Shown one piece after another: positions 31,157 through 41,417 of a stretch of DNA of 64,000 bases. The stretch covers positions 384,001-448,000 of the forward strand of contig CAVSHB010000002.1 in NCBI GenBank assembly GCA_963727775.1, written 5' to 3'. The translations under genes were made by a program, and so were the position numbers. The notes under the pieces are model-generated. The model searched no databases, was not told where the DNA came from, and was given only the letters and a program-made list of their open reading frames with translations. Position 1 is the first letter of the stretch, and the number at the start of each line of letters is the position of its first letter. The DNA comes from an uncultured Nitrospiraceae bacterium (GTDB taxonomy: Bacteria > Nitrospirota > Thermodesulfovibrionia > Thermodesulfovibrionales > SM23-35).

Positions 31157-32580
31157 ATTTCCGGCTTCCCGATATCAGCCTTATGATGCCTGAACTTACA
31201 ATGATTGCCCTGGCATTGGTAGTCCTGCTCATTGACCTTTTAATAAAGAAGAAGGAGGTAATAGCATTAATAAGCATGGCGGGAGCAGCCCTTGCATCGT
31301 TGACTCTCTTCGGATCACCGGGAACAACCTTCGGGACCATGTATATTTCGGACGGCTACAGCACATTCTTCAAGCTGATATTCCTTATTAATGTAATACT
31401 GACTGTTTTAATTTCCATTAAGTATATCAATATCGAAAAAGTCAATTACGGAGAATATTACAGTCTCATTCTTTTTTCCACAATCGGCATGATGATAATG
31501 GCGTCCGCGGGTGACCTTATTGTGTTGTATTTAGGGCTTGAGCTTATGGCACTCAGCACCTATGTTCTTGCGGGATTCATCAGGCAGAATATTAAATCGA
31601 ATGAGGCGGCCCTGAAATATTTCCTTCTCGGCGCTTTTTCTTCAGCGTTCCTTTTATACGGCATATCATTAATCTACGGCTTAACAGGCACAACAGATAT
31701 AAAGGCGATAGCATCTTTTATTACGGAAAAAGGTCTTGCCGGCAACTTCTCGCTCCTGCTCTCCGTCATATTTTTTACGGTTGCCTTCGGGTTCAAGATC
31801 GCTGCCGCGCCATTCCACATGTGGACGCCGGACGTATATGAGGGCGCACCTACATCAATAACGGCTTTCATGTCAGTAGGGCCGAAGGCCGCTGGGTTTG
31901 CAGTGCTTGGCCGTGTTTTCATGGTTGCATTCGCATCGGTTAAGCTCGAATGGGCAGCAATACTTATCCCAATTTCAATACTCACAATGGCCATCGGCAA
32001 TATCGTTGCCCTGTCGCAGACGAATATCAAGAGAATGCTCGCGTACTCGTCAATAGCCCATGCCGGCTATGCCCTCCTGGGTGTTATAACCGCAAATAAT
32101 GAAGGGCTTGCGGGTATGATGAATTACCTCATGATCTATGCGTTTATGAATATTGGGGCCTTTGCGGTCATCATCATGCTGAGAAGCGAAGGCTTCAAGG
32201 GTGAAAGCATATCCGACTATGAAGGCCTGTCAAAGACCCATCCGCTGGCCGCGATGCTCATGCTGATATTCATGTTCTCGCTTACGGGAATTCCGCCGAC
32301 AGCAGGTTTTATCGGCAAGTTATATATCTTTATGAGTGCCATCAATGCGGGATACACGTGGCTTGTCGTGGTTGCCGTGATGTTCAGCGCTATTTCCGCA
32401 TACTTCTATCTCAGAATTGTGATTTACATGTACATGAGGGACCCGAAAGAAACAGTTGTGTTGAGCACATCTTTTTCTAATGGAATCGCCCTTGGAATAA
32501 CAGCAGTTGCGGTACTGTTTATCGGCGTCATGCCGTCATTTCTCCTTGACCTTGCCAAGGCTGCAATAAAAGGCTTCTAA
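31153..32580 (+). CDS. nuoN: complex I subunit N
   Basis: EAALKYF, FKIAAAPFHMWTPDVYEGAP, KRMLAYSSIAHAG. Confidence 0.95.
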   Translation: MNFRLPDISLMMPELTMIALALVVLLIDLLIKKKEVIALISMAGAALASLTLFGSPGTTFGTMYISDGYSTFFKLIFLINVILTVLISIKYINIEKVNYGEYYSLILFSTIGMMIMASAGDLIVLYLGLELMALSTYVLAGFIRQNIKSNEAALKYFLLGAFSSAFLLYGISLIYGLTGTTDIKAIASFITEKGLAGNFSLLLSVIFFTVAFGFKIAAAPFHMWTPDVYEGAPTSITAFMSVGPKAAGFAVLGRVFMVAFASVKLEWAAILIPISILTMAIGNIVALSQTNIKRMLAYSSIAHAGYALLGVITANNEGLAGMMNYLMIYAFMNIGAFAVIIMLRSEGFKGESISDYEGLSKTHPLAAMLMLIFMFSLTGIPPTAGFIGKLYIFMSAINAGYTWLVVVAVMFSAISAYFYLRIVIYMYMRDPKETVVLSTSFSNGIALGITAVAVLFIGVMPSFLLDLAKAAIKGF

Positions 32581-32604
32581 GAAGTTTTTCACTTGCTGCA
32601 AGGA

Positions 32605-33228
32605 ATGATATCCGACGGTTCTTCTTTATTGATCAACGAAACGTTACAGTCTATTCAAAGGCGGCATAGCGTCAGATCATTCACAGACCGTGAAGTCTCC
32701 GATGATCTTATAACCGTCTTGCTTATGGCGGCTAATTCCGCGCCTTCCGCGCATAACCAGCAGTCATGGCGGTTTGCCGTAATTAGGGACAAGAAGAAAC
32801 AGGAATTGGCGCATCTCGTAACCTCCAATGCGGGCAGCTTTCCGAAACCTGCGTCAACCCTGCTCCGAATGGCTGCGCGCAGCATCATAAGCGCCCCGGT
32901 CACTATTGCTGTCGCGAACACCGGTGAGCTGATCGAGCACGGCGCCCACCTTTTCAAAATTGAGAAAGAGATGGCAAAAGATTTCTTCCGCACCATGGAG
33001 ATACAAAGTTCGGCTGCTGCTGTAGAGAATATGCTTCTGGCGGCAACATCCCTCGGACTCTCGACCGTATGGCTCGGCATCCTTTTTCTAATGAAGGACA
33101 ATGTACTCAAGTTTTTGGGCGAGCCCAAAGGGGAATTTATGGCGGTCGTTCCCGTCGGATATGCAGTCAGGCCCGGTGTTGGTCCGCAAAAGAAGTCTCT
33201 GGAGATGAAGGTCAGATATCTGAAATAG
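32605..33228 (+). CDS. nitroreductase family protein
   Basis: RRHSVRSF, APSAHNQQSWRF, ENMLLAATSLGL; start may be 32593. Confidence 0.88.
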   Translation: MISDGSSLLINETLQSIQRRHSVRSFTDREVSDDLITVLLMAANSAPSAHNQQSWRFAVIRDKKKQELAHLVTSNAGSFPKPASTLLRMAARSIISAPVTIAVANTGELIEHGAHLFKIEKEMAKDFFRTMEIQSSAAAVENMLLAATSLGLSTVWLGILFLMKDNVLKFLGEPKGEFMAVVPVGYAVRPGVGPQKKSLEMKVRYLK

Positions 33229-33243
33229 TGCCCCGGTATAAGT

Positions 33244-34317
33244 TTATTCAGTTAATCCCGTCACTGTCTTTGCATCAAGCTTCCTGAGCACAGCCGTTAC
33301 GAGCCGGACAGCATTGTCATAATCCTCCCGGTGGATAATGCCTGCGTGACTGTGGATATGACGGGTCGGAACGCCTATCACGAGATTCGGCACACCTTGG
33401 CGATGAAGGTGGATGGCGCCTGAATCCGTGCCCCCACGCTCCATCATATCGAACTGATAAGGTATCTTCAGCTCTTCAGCCGTATCAATGAAAAGGTCCC
33501 TCAGCCTGAGATTGGGCACCATCGATCCGTCACGCAGTATGATGACAGGCCCTTTGCCGAGCTTTCCCTGGGCATCCTCCTTCTTGACGTCAGGCACATC
33601 GCCCGCGACGCTTATCTCCATTGTGAGACCCACATCAGGCTCAACTACCCATGAACTCGTGCGGGCGCCGCGCAGGCCTACCTCTTCCTGAACGGTCCCG
33701 ACTCCGTACACGGTGTTGGGATGTTTTTCCTTTACGAGATTTTTGATCACCTCGATAAAGAGGGCGCAGCCGATGCGGTCATCAAACGCCTTGCCCATAT
33801 ATGTCTTGCCTGTGCCCATGACAGTGAAAGGACAGACCGGAATGACAGGATCACCGGGCCTGATGCCGAGTGCTTTCACTTCGGCATAAGAGGTTGCGCC
33901 GACATCGATATACATGTCCTTCGGCTCCTGGAGCTTTTTCCTTTCTTCTTCTGAAAGGACATGCGGCGGTTTGGAGCCGATGAGACCCTGTACGTTTCCT
34001 TCACGCGTCTTGATCACGACCCGTTGCGCGAGCATTACATGCCCCCACCATCCCCCGAGAGTACTGAACCTGATAAAGCCCTCGTCGGTGATGAGCTTCA
34101 CCATGAAACCAACTTCGTCCATATGGCCGGCGAGCATAATTCTCGGCATAGCGGCTTTTCCGTCTCTCCGGCAGACGATGCTGCCCAGACGATCCTGTTC
34201 GATAACGGTGATCTTTTTGAGATGCTGCCTTATGATCTCACGGACATGTTCTTCGTAGCCGGAAACTCCCGGCGCCTCGGTAAGCTCGCGGAGTAATTCT
34301 ATCGTTGCGTCAGCCAT
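33244..34317 (-). CDS. M42 family aminopeptidase
   Basis: GHMDEVG, KAFDDR, QEEVG, GGTD, HSH. Confidence 0.92.
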   Translation of the reverse strand: MADATIELLRELTEAPGVSGYEEHVREIIRQHLKKITVIEQDRLGSIVCRRDGKAAMPRIMLAGHMDEVGFMVKLITDEGFIRFSTLGGWWGHVMLAQRVVIKTREGNVQGLIGSKPPHVLSEEERKKLQEPKDMYIDVGATSYAEVKALGIRPGDPVIPVCPFTVMGTGKTYMGKAFDDRIGCALFIEVIKNLVKEKHPNTVYGVGTVQEEVGLRGARTSSWVVEPDVGLTMEISVAGDVPDVKKEDAQGKLGKGPVIILRDGSMVPNLRLRDLFIDTAEELKIPYQFDMMERGGTDSGAIHLHRQGVPNLVIGVPTRHIHSHAGIIHREDYDNAVRLVTAVLRKLDAKTVTGLTE

Positions 34318-34337
34318 AAAACGACCCCTTTCAAAGA

Positions 34338-34889
34338 TTATTTTATCCTTTTTGAAATTGCCTTAAATTCTTCTGTCCCCGCCATCCTCAATAACTGAAA
34401 CAAGACTGTTTCCGCAGACGTGATAACGGCCCCGGCGTCACGCATAAATGCAATGCCTGTTCCCCAATTTTCTTTTGTCCTCGAGCACACCGCGTCCCTG
34501 ACCAAATGCACATTGAGCCCGTTATGTAAAAGCCCGATGCAGGTCTGAAGGACACATATATGGGTCTCCATCCCCGTAAGTATGACGGTTTTTTTATTGA
34601 GCTTTTTGATCTCACTGGTAAATGCAGGTTCATCACAGCAGCTGAAGGTCATTTTTTCAAGCGGCTTATATTTCGGTAATGCGTTCCTTATCTCTTCTAC
34701 AGTCCGCCCGAGCCCTTTCGGATATTGTTCGGTTACTACAACAGGGATGGCGAGTAACTTTGAAAGCTCGATAAGATGAAGACAATTATTTACAACCGCC
34801 TCCCTGGCCTTCATTATGTTTGCCAATTTTTCCTGTATGTCAACAACCAATATAAAGGCGTCATCTTTATTGAGGAAGAACTTTTCCAT
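34338..34889 (-). CDS. isochorismatase family hydrolase
   Basis: VVDIQEKL, TEQYPKGLG, KMTFSC, ETHICVLQT. Confidence 0.9.
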   Translation of the reverse strand: MEKFFLNKDDAFILVVDIQEKLANIMKAREAVVNNCLHLIELSKLLAIPVVVTEQYPKGLGRTVEEIRNALPKYKPLEKMTFSCCDEPAFTSEIKKLNKKTVILTGMETHICVLQTCIGLLHNGLNVHLVRDAVCSRTKENWGTGIAFMRDAGAVITSAETVLFQLLRMAGTEEFKAISKRIK

Positions 34890-35083
34890 TCAGTTTCCTT
34901 TCGGGCAAAGTTGCAAAAGATTTAAACAGTATAATCAAGTCTTTTATAATCAATCAATACCGCCTGAAAAGGTGAGATCTCCTGGCATCTCGTTATTGAG
35001 TATTTCAGCACTGCTTGTAGGAGACAGGAACGATTCTGTATAATCTGTTGTTCAGTATAGATGATTCATGATGCATGGAATAG

Positions 35084-35188
35084 CAGAGCAGATGCAGTAT
35101 CAGAGCGGCTTTATCCCGATTTGATCGGGATACCTCGGAGGTCCGCAAAAGCGGACCGAGAATGAGCGATGATACTGCATCTGCTCTG
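35084..35188 (+). repeat. structured three-way-junction element, copy 1
   Basis: Perfect 19-bp IR (35084-35102 / 35170-35188) enclosing GCGGCTT-[ATCCCGAT/ATCGGGAT]-ACCTCGGA-[GGTCCGC/GCGGACC]-GAGAATGAGC. Confidence 0.85.
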
Positions 35189-35207
35189 AGCGAGGAAAAT
35201 ATTTATA

Positions 35208-35981
35208 ATGCAGGTTAGAATGCGGAAACCAAATGATAATCTATCTTGTGATCTCCTTAACTCCTGGAAGGACAATATCTCTTTTGTCCTTGTGGAGCCG
35301 AAGGACCCCGGCAATATCGGTGCTTCTGCAAGAGCTTTGATAAATATGGGGTTCCCGAATCTTGAACTCGTTAATCCCGGACATTTCTTTACCAGCGAGG
35401 CCAAACAGATGGCCTGCCAGGGGGTTAAGGTCCTCGAAAATGCAAGGGTCCACAAGAGTTTCAGAGAGGCTGTTGAGGACAAGAATCTTGTTGTCGGTAC
35501 CACAAGAAGGCTGGGGAAGAGGCGGGGGCTTATTGTGCCGTTGAAGGAGAGTGTGAAACGAATTCTCACCGCTTCTATAAAGAATAAAGTTGCAATCCTG
35601 TTCGGCAGGGAACGCAACGGCTTGACCAACCGGGAAATAGAGGAATGCGGACTTTTAGTAACGATCCCCTCCGACCCTGATACCCCGTCGCTGAATCTTG
35701 CACAGAGTGTCATGCTGGTCGCCTACGAGCTCAGCCAGAAATCATATAAGGCCGATCTGCCGGCTATGATTAAGCATAAAGAACTTGAACCGCTTTATGC
35801 CCGAATCGAATCGACCCTCAAACTGCTTGAATTTATCCCGCGGGGCGACGCGGACCTTGAAAAGAAAATCCTGAAAAATCTCAAACACCTCATCGGCAGG
35901 GCAGGGCTGACAGAGTGGGAACTCAAGATGATGTACGGAATCTGCACTCAAGTGGAGCATAAGGTAAAAGAGAAAATATAA
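35208..35981 (+). CDS. trmJ: TrmJ/LasT family SPOUT RNA methyltransferase
   Basis: PGNIGASARA..NMG, VVGTT, LFGRERNGL, SLNLAQSV. Confidence 0.88.
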   Translation: MQVRMRKPNDNLSCDLLNSWKDNISFVLVEPKDPGNIGASARALINMGFPNLELVNPGHFFTSEAKQMACQGVKVLENARVHKSFREAVEDKNLVVGTTRRLGKRRGLIVPLKESVKRILTASIKNKVAILFGRERNGLTNREIEECGLLVTIPSDPDTPSLNLAQSVMLVAYELSQKSYKADLPAMIKHKELEPLYARIESTLKLLEFIPRGDADLEKKILKNLKHLIGRAGLTEWELKMMYGICTQVEHKVKEKI

Positions 35982-36190
35982 TTGTTGAATTATTTAAATA
36001 AAGTTGTACAGTATAAAATAAAGTCGTACAGTGAATATCTGGGTATATCGTGCAAAATGAAGCGTATGAAATATGATTTGATTCCACCTGCTGCCTATTT
36101 TAAGTGCCTACCATTTTACTAATGAGGGTTCTGATTTCACTTTCTCACAGTAACTCGCAAAATTGTCCAGTCTTCATAAATGCTTAGTAC

Positions 36191-36450
36191 GCCCTGAAGT
36201 ATGCAGACCTTGACGACACCGATGTTGTTACCCGGTTAGATCACCCTGCAATCAGTCCTGTTATTCCGGCGTGAAATTCTGGTAGAAACCTTATCGACAG
36301 CCGGCAAGAAGTAAGAAGATCAGAATTTTCATAAGCGGGTGCGGATAACATTTACTTATGCGCAAAATATACGTACTGCCGCGGCATTCTGCGTAACTAT
36401 ATTATTGTGGATTATTCTATCGCAACTCGCCGAAATGATTATCGCTTGGG
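36191..36450 (+). pseudogene. decayed serine resolvase/invertase remnant
   Basis: ALKYADLDDTDVVTRLDHPAIS at 36191-36256 resembles GDTLVVTRLDRLARS; IILSQLAEM further downstream. Confidence 0.5.
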
Positions 36451-36730
36451 TACTGAAATATAGGATCAATCTTGAGTGTTAGTTGTGGCTGATCTGGCCC
36501 GGTAAATTCAATGATCCCACCCTCTAAGCTTAAAGATCTTGCCTCGACCGGTTATCTAACACACCACCTCTTTTTGGCACAGTCGGGAAATGATGTCGAC
36601 GCCACTGCCCTATGTCTATTGACTCTCATTGTTTACTTGCCGGATGGCAATGTTACTCAACATATTGCTTCCAGTTCTTCTGGTCTTGCGTTTTACACTA
36701 ACATTCTTAGTTCACCTCAGCAAAATCCTA

Positions 36731-38071
36731 GGTAGTGTCAACTATTTTGTGTAAATTTGATAAAGGGGCAAATTGGGTCGCACCTTTCCTATTGGATTTG
36801 ATCTCCAACTCAACTCCATCTTTAACGATATAAAAGCAAGAAGCCTATAACAGGCATCCTCTCCGGCTACTATCTCCATAGTCTTCGTTCTTCTCTTGAA
36901 TTCCTTGTTCAGGCGCTCAATAATGTTCGACGTCCGTAATGATATCCATTCTTCTTCCGGGAACTTGAAGAATGTCAAACAGGCGTCTATTGACTGGCCT
37001 AATGATTTCACGGCTGAGGGGAGTTCTTTGCTCCACTTCGTGTAAAAGCTCCTGTAGAATTCATCTGCCTTTCCTTTTGAAGAGGCATAGAATATAGACC
37101 TCAGATCATCTGCTACTTCCTTTTTCAATTTATGAGGTACCTTCGCCAGTACATTACGGGCCACATGCACCTGGCACCTCTGCACTTTTGCATTGGGAAA
37201 CTCTTCTTCAAATACTTTCTCCAGCCCAGAAAGCCCATCCATGATTCCCAGCCTCACCGATGACCCGTCGAGCCCTCTGCTTTTTAGATCCTTAAAAAAC
37301 TCCCTCCAGTTCGTAGCCGATTCCTTGTCGCCGCTCTGCAGACCGAGCACTAATTTCGTTCCATCCCCTGTTACCCCTATTGCTGCAAGTACGGGGACAT
37401 TCTCCACACTATACTTCAATCTCATCTTGAAGATCACGCCGTCTACAAAGATGTATTTTATTGGCTCCTGGGATAAATCACGGTTGCGCCAATTCTCTAC
37501 CCCTGCCGTCAATTCCTTGCTCGCCTTGCTCACTTCTTCATGAGATATCTCACGCCCTATAAGTCTCTTGCTTAACATCGAGAGCGTCCGCGTGCTTATC
37601 CCCGTCAGATACATCATCGACAGATCCTCCGCGATCCTGGTTTCATATCGCTTCCCACGAGGCAATACCTGTGTCTGATATTCGCCCTTCCGATCTCTAG
37701 GTACCTTTACTGCTACTTCTCCAATCCCCTTAATACAGAAGTCCCGGGGATAGCTCCCGTTGCGATGGTTGGCCTCCCCCTTGCCACGCTCATATCTTCC
37801 ACGCCCTAAAACATGCGTCAGTTCTGCCTTCATCAGGTTCGTCAAATAGTTGCCTACGTCCTTTTGCACATTCAGCGTGGCCATCTCAAATATCCTCGAC
37901 GGATTCTCCTGCAATTCTTTGATTAAATTTACGACTTCTGGTACGCTAATCTTAATTTCCATGGGTGCTCCTCCTTTTGATTTTTGTTATTGGTCTAACA
38001 AAATATTTTATAGGAGGTGCGCCCTTATTTTTCCCCTCGTTTGAATTTCACACAGTCAAGTTTACACTGTC
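36731..38071 (-). mobile_element. IS256-family insertion sequence, 1341 bp
   Basis: 8-bp TSD AAATCCTA (36723-36730, 38072-38079); imperfect IRs GGTAGTGTCAACT / GACAGTGTAAACT. Confidence 0.93.
36742..37962 (-). CDS. IS256-family transposase
   Basis: RNG, VPRDR.G, FVDG, MDG.SGL, QRCQVH, SNIIERLNKEFKRR. Confidence 0.95.
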   Translation of the reverse strand: MEIKISVPEVVNLIKELQENPSRIFEMATLNVQKDVGNYLTNLMKAELTHVLGRGRYERGKGEANHRNGSYPRDFCIKGIGEVAVKVPRDRKGEYQTQVLPRGKRYETRIAEDLSMMYLTGISTRTLSMLSKRLIGREISHEEVSKASKELTAGVENWRNRDLSQEPIKYIFVDGVIFKMRLKYSVENVPVLAAIGVTGDGTKLVLGLQSGDKESATNWREFFKDLKSRGLDGSSVRLGIMDGLSGLEKVFEEEFPNAKVQRCQVHVARNVLAKVPHKLKKEVADDLRSIFYASSKGKADEFYRSFYTKWSKELPSAVKSLGQSIDACLTFFKFPEEEWISLRTSNIIERLNKEFKRRTKTMEIVAGEDACYRLLAFISLKMELSWRSNPIGKVRPNLPLYQIYTK

Positions 38072-39407
38072 AAATCCTAACGTAATTTCTAAATTAGCCG
38101 AATACATTGGTATTTTCAAATTGGCTGAAGAATTGATCGATAATCTCAGGGAGAAAAAGGCCTTCCTAAAGGCTGTTTTAGATGTCGTCATTAAAGCGGA
38201 TAACGTTCATCATGTAATTACCCCGGAAATTATTATCAACTATTTTGACGTTATCAAAGATGTGCTTCCTGATACATATCAAGACGTCGTTAAAAGAAGT
38301 GCAGAGGGCGCCAATCTTGCCGAGATACTAACAGAATACGAGTTTCATGGTGACCTTTCAGATTTGTATTTGTTATGCCTGGACATTACAACGGAAAAGA
38401 CTCAAGAAAGTTTTGTGAAGTATCTGGCCGCAGAGATGTGCGCTCTTGATTTACAGAAATGGCTTTCTGAAGTTAAGAACACTGACTTTGTTAATCTAAC
38501 AAAAAGAATCATTAACCTCGGACAAAATGAGTGTGTTAATTATATCCATAAAAATCTCTAGTCCTTATCAAAGGATATTTGGCAAGCGGCCTTGTCTGCT
38601 AACAGTAATGTGGTTCGAATTTTGGAGCTTTTATCTGGCGATCTTAATCTGACAACTGACTTCGGCGATGCACTCCTTGAGGAATCCAAAAAGCAAATTA
38701 ATAGTGGAAAGGCACTTTGGGAAATATCTACGGCTGAACGACTTCTTAATGCACTAAATGGCCCGTTGAGATCTACCTTTCTACGGGATATGCGAGACTA
38801 TATCATAAAATATGAGAAGACTATTTCTCCTGCTATTATATTATTTGGTAAACCATTAAGTAATACTTTTGACGACGCATCAAAGGACAAAGCTGATGAT
38901 GCGTTTCGTCATTTATTTAAGGGTATTTTAGAGCGAAAAGAATCTATAGAAGTCGATTGGCTAAGCGATGTAATATCTTCAAGTGAAATTGCTGAACAAT
39001 GCGAACCAGAATCTCTTGAGTCATTTAAAACTAGACTGATAGACCTATTAAAAGATGATGCCGTAAATGAAGAAATTAAAGAAAAAGCTAAACGTATTGC
39101 GACAGCATTGGGAATAGATGTGGAGCAGATTTATTCAATAAAGGCTGATGAAAAAGAAGTTAAAGAAGTTGGAGAAAAATAAATAAGCGAGATCTATTGT
39201 TGTAACCCCAGAGGGCAATCAAAAGATTTCGATTCCCTTAGATTGGAATGTTACACAGTTTGAGGGGAACAAAATGGGGTCTTGCGGTTATGCATTTAAA
39301 ACCTTCTTTCTGAAATAGTCTCCGGGCAACAATAGACCAATCTATCTTTTCAAGGTGAAGTAAATAACATTCTGATATAATAATATAGATATCAGTCTTT
39401 AATTTTC

Positions 39408-39632
39408 ATGATTGGAGGTTGTATCATGGATCTTCTCAATTATTCTCTCTCTATTTTGATCTCGTTATTCATAGGGCTTGCCGGTTTTATCATTGTCTAC
39501 AAGATATTCGACTGGATGACTCCAGGCGTCCATTTCTCTGACCAATTAAAAGCGGACAACAAATCAGTGGCTATTTTTCTTGCCGGTCTTTTTATCGGAT
39601 TAGGTCTTCTTCTTGGTAACGCGATCAAATGA
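39408..39632 (+). CDS. DUF350-like small membrane protein
   Basis: Two hydrophobic helices around FDWMTP...QL...NKSVAI. Confidence 0.75.
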   Translation: MIGGCIMDLLNYSLSILISLFIGLAGFIIVYKIFDWMTPGVHFSDQLKADNKSVAIFLAGLFIGLGLLLGNAIK

Positions 39633-40102
39633 TTCGTCTGCGTCGTCTTTTCATCCTATTTTCTTCTCTCTTGATCGGTGGATTTCTCTTGACTTCGGGG
39701 ATTGCACAGCCCTTACAAGATCCCGACCAATCAGATACTGTGTGTTTTACAATCCAGAGAACAGCCGAAAAATATCTCGGCAAACCGTACGTATGGGGTG
39801 CTGTTGGTCTGAAGAGTTTTGACTGTTCAGGTTTTATCTGGCGCGTTATGGCTGAAAACGGGATTCTTGTGAAGAGGACAACCGCACGAAAACTCTATAT
39901 GAGCCTTCCCCGTGCTAAGAAAGGCAGTCCTTATGCCTCCGGGGTACTTGTATTTTTCGATAATCTGAAACATGTGGGTATTGTGAAAGACCGGGAATTT
40001 TTTTACCATGCCCAGGTCAGCATAGGTACGAACCTCTCAGCGTTTGAGCCATACTGGCGCCGCAAAATCTGCGGATTCAGGAGATTCCCGATACAGTCAT
40101 AA
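39629..40102 (+). CDS. NlpC/P60 (C40) cell-wall peptidase
   Basis: Signal peptide; LGKPYVWGA, FDCSGF, HVGI, HA. Confidence 0.9.
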   Translation: MIRLRRLFILFSSLLIGGFLLTSGIAQPLQDPDQSDTVCFTIQRTAEKYLGKPYVWGAVGLKSFDCSGFIWRVMAENGILVKRTTARKLYMSLPRAKKGSPYASGVLVFFDNLKHVGIVKDREFFYHAQVSIGTNLSAFEPYWRRKICGFRRFPIQS

Positions 40103-40140
40103 TCAGTTGCTGAACAGTTCACACTGTGTGAGAGGAAACG

Positions 40141-40731
40141 ATGTCATTTCAACCGAGTGCTATAGAGATTCAGCTACCTGAGTGGATCGAAAGTTTCTTG
40201 CTTGGGTACCCTGCTTATATTTTCTCAATCCAGGACCGCATGTCGTTCGTCATCGAAGCTGCGCGACTTAATGTTTCCAAAGGTACCGGAGGCCCTTTCG
40301 CAGCTGCGGTATTTGAGACTGAGTCCGGACAATTGATCTCATTGGGTGTTAATCTGGTTACCTCTCAGGGGTTATCTATCCTTCACGCGGAAATGGTGGC
40401 TTTTGCACTTGCACAGAAAAAGATAGGCAGCTACGACCTTGGCAGGCACGACTTGCCTGCTCACGAGCTCGTCACCAGTATAGAGCCATGTGCTATGTGT
40501 TTCGGCGCAATTCCCTGGTCCGGAGTGCGAAGGGTCATTGCCGGTGCCAGGGATTCTGATGCGAGAAGAATCGGCTTTGACGAAGGACCTAAACTGAAGG
40601 ACTGGAGAAGCGAGTTAGAGAAGAGAGGTATTGCTACCATCTGCGATGTCAGTCGGGAAGCTGCGGCGCAGGTTCTTCTTGACTACTCCTTACAGGGCGG
40701 AAAAATCTACAACTCGCGAGAGTCGGGATAG
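40141..40731 (+). CDS. nucleoside deaminase family protein
   Basis: GGPFAA, HAEM, EPCAMC, GFDEG. Confidence 0.88.
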   Translation: MSFQPSAIEIQLPEWIESFLLGYPAYIFSIQDRMSFVIEAARLNVSKGTGGPFAAAVFETESGQLISLGVNLVTSQGLSILHAEMVAFALAQKKIGSYDLGRHDLPAHELVTSIEPCAMCFGAIPWSGVRRVIAGARDSDARRIGFDEGPKLKDWRSELEKRGIATICDVSREAAAQVLLDYSLQGGKIYNSRESG

Positions 40732-40997
40732 TGTTTGAACTGTGCTGCGCGGTAAAACGAAGTCTGCACGAGTGAGATGATTATGCCAACTTGTCATTTT
40801 CCGGGTTAACGAATATAGCATAGTGGGTTTTCTTAGAAGAGAAATTTATTGGACGTCGATGGTGAGTCAATTTTCAACGCCGCTGGACACTTTAGTCTCT
40901 TTTATTAAATTCACACCATTTGATTACTATTTATCATGAAAATTGATATAATTGTGTTTATTACAACCGCAAATTATCTAACAATAAGGAGGTCTAT

Positions 40998-41165
40998 ATG
41001 CCTGCTTACGAATATGTTTGTAAAGACTGTAACCATGAGATTACCGTTTTCCTCTCTCTTAAAGAATTTGAAGCTAAACCAAAAATTAAATGTCCTCATT
41101 GTGGAAGTGACAATGTTCAGAAAAAAATCTCGGAATTTAGTACAAAAACAAGCAAAAAGTCGTAG
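40998..41165 (+). CDS. FmdB-family zinc-ribbon protein, 55 aa (not in ORF track)
   Basis: MPAYEYVCKDCNH...CPHCGS; SD AAGGAGG. Confidence 0.88.
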   Translation: MPAYEYVCKDCNHEITVFLSLKEFEAKPKIKCPHCGSDNVQKKISEFSTKTSKKS

Positions 41166-41286
41166 CTATTCTGTAAGTGTTTGCCGTTAATTGCACCCGC
41201 TATTTAGCAGCATGCTGCGTTGTTGTTTGCCGCCACATTTGCAAATGAATTGTCTCATCCCCAACTTTCATTAGTCTAACCTTTAA

Positions 41287-41390
41287 TACAAATAAGTAGC
41301 ACAATTTTGTAGTGATGTAACATTAATGTAGTATGTATCGGATTCTGTTTTCTTTAAAAGCAATGCGTTACGATTGGCATGGTTTTAGAT
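41287..41390 (+). promoter_or_regulatory. sigma54-like promoter with upstream activator sites and an IHF-like site
   Basis: ACA-N4-(T/A)GT boxes at 41288, 41301, 41320; AAGCAATGCGTTA at 41358-41370; TGGCATGGTTTTAGA at 41375-41389 (GG-N10-GA, imperfect -12). Confidence 0.55.
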
Positions 41391-41417
41391 ATATGTCCAG
41401 CTAACGGAGGAATGTAA

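Larger units (their letters stand above)
36511..39182 (+). pseudogene. large AT-rich helical protein gene split by IS256 and by an in-frame TAG
   Basis: ...SSPQQNP (left) joins NVISKLAEY (right) in frame across the TSD. After TAG 38559-38561 the frame continues SLSKDIWQAALSANSN into 38592..39182. Confidence 0.75.

Noticed and set aside
27655..32580. 2M-type complex I with an extra antiporter subunit
   Set aside because: Only one each of nuoL, nuoM and nuoN.
35084..35188. Junction element as a hammerhead ribozyme or simple terminator
   Set aside because: No CUGANGA/GAAA core on either strand and no U-tract.
37965..38079. Track ORF start MLLLLIF...
   Set aside because: It lies inside the IS256 end; the real upstream part of the gene is left of the IS.
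40936..41190. 84-aa track ORF
   Set aside because: Shadow of the FmdB zinc-ribbon gene at 40998-41165, which has the SD and motifs.
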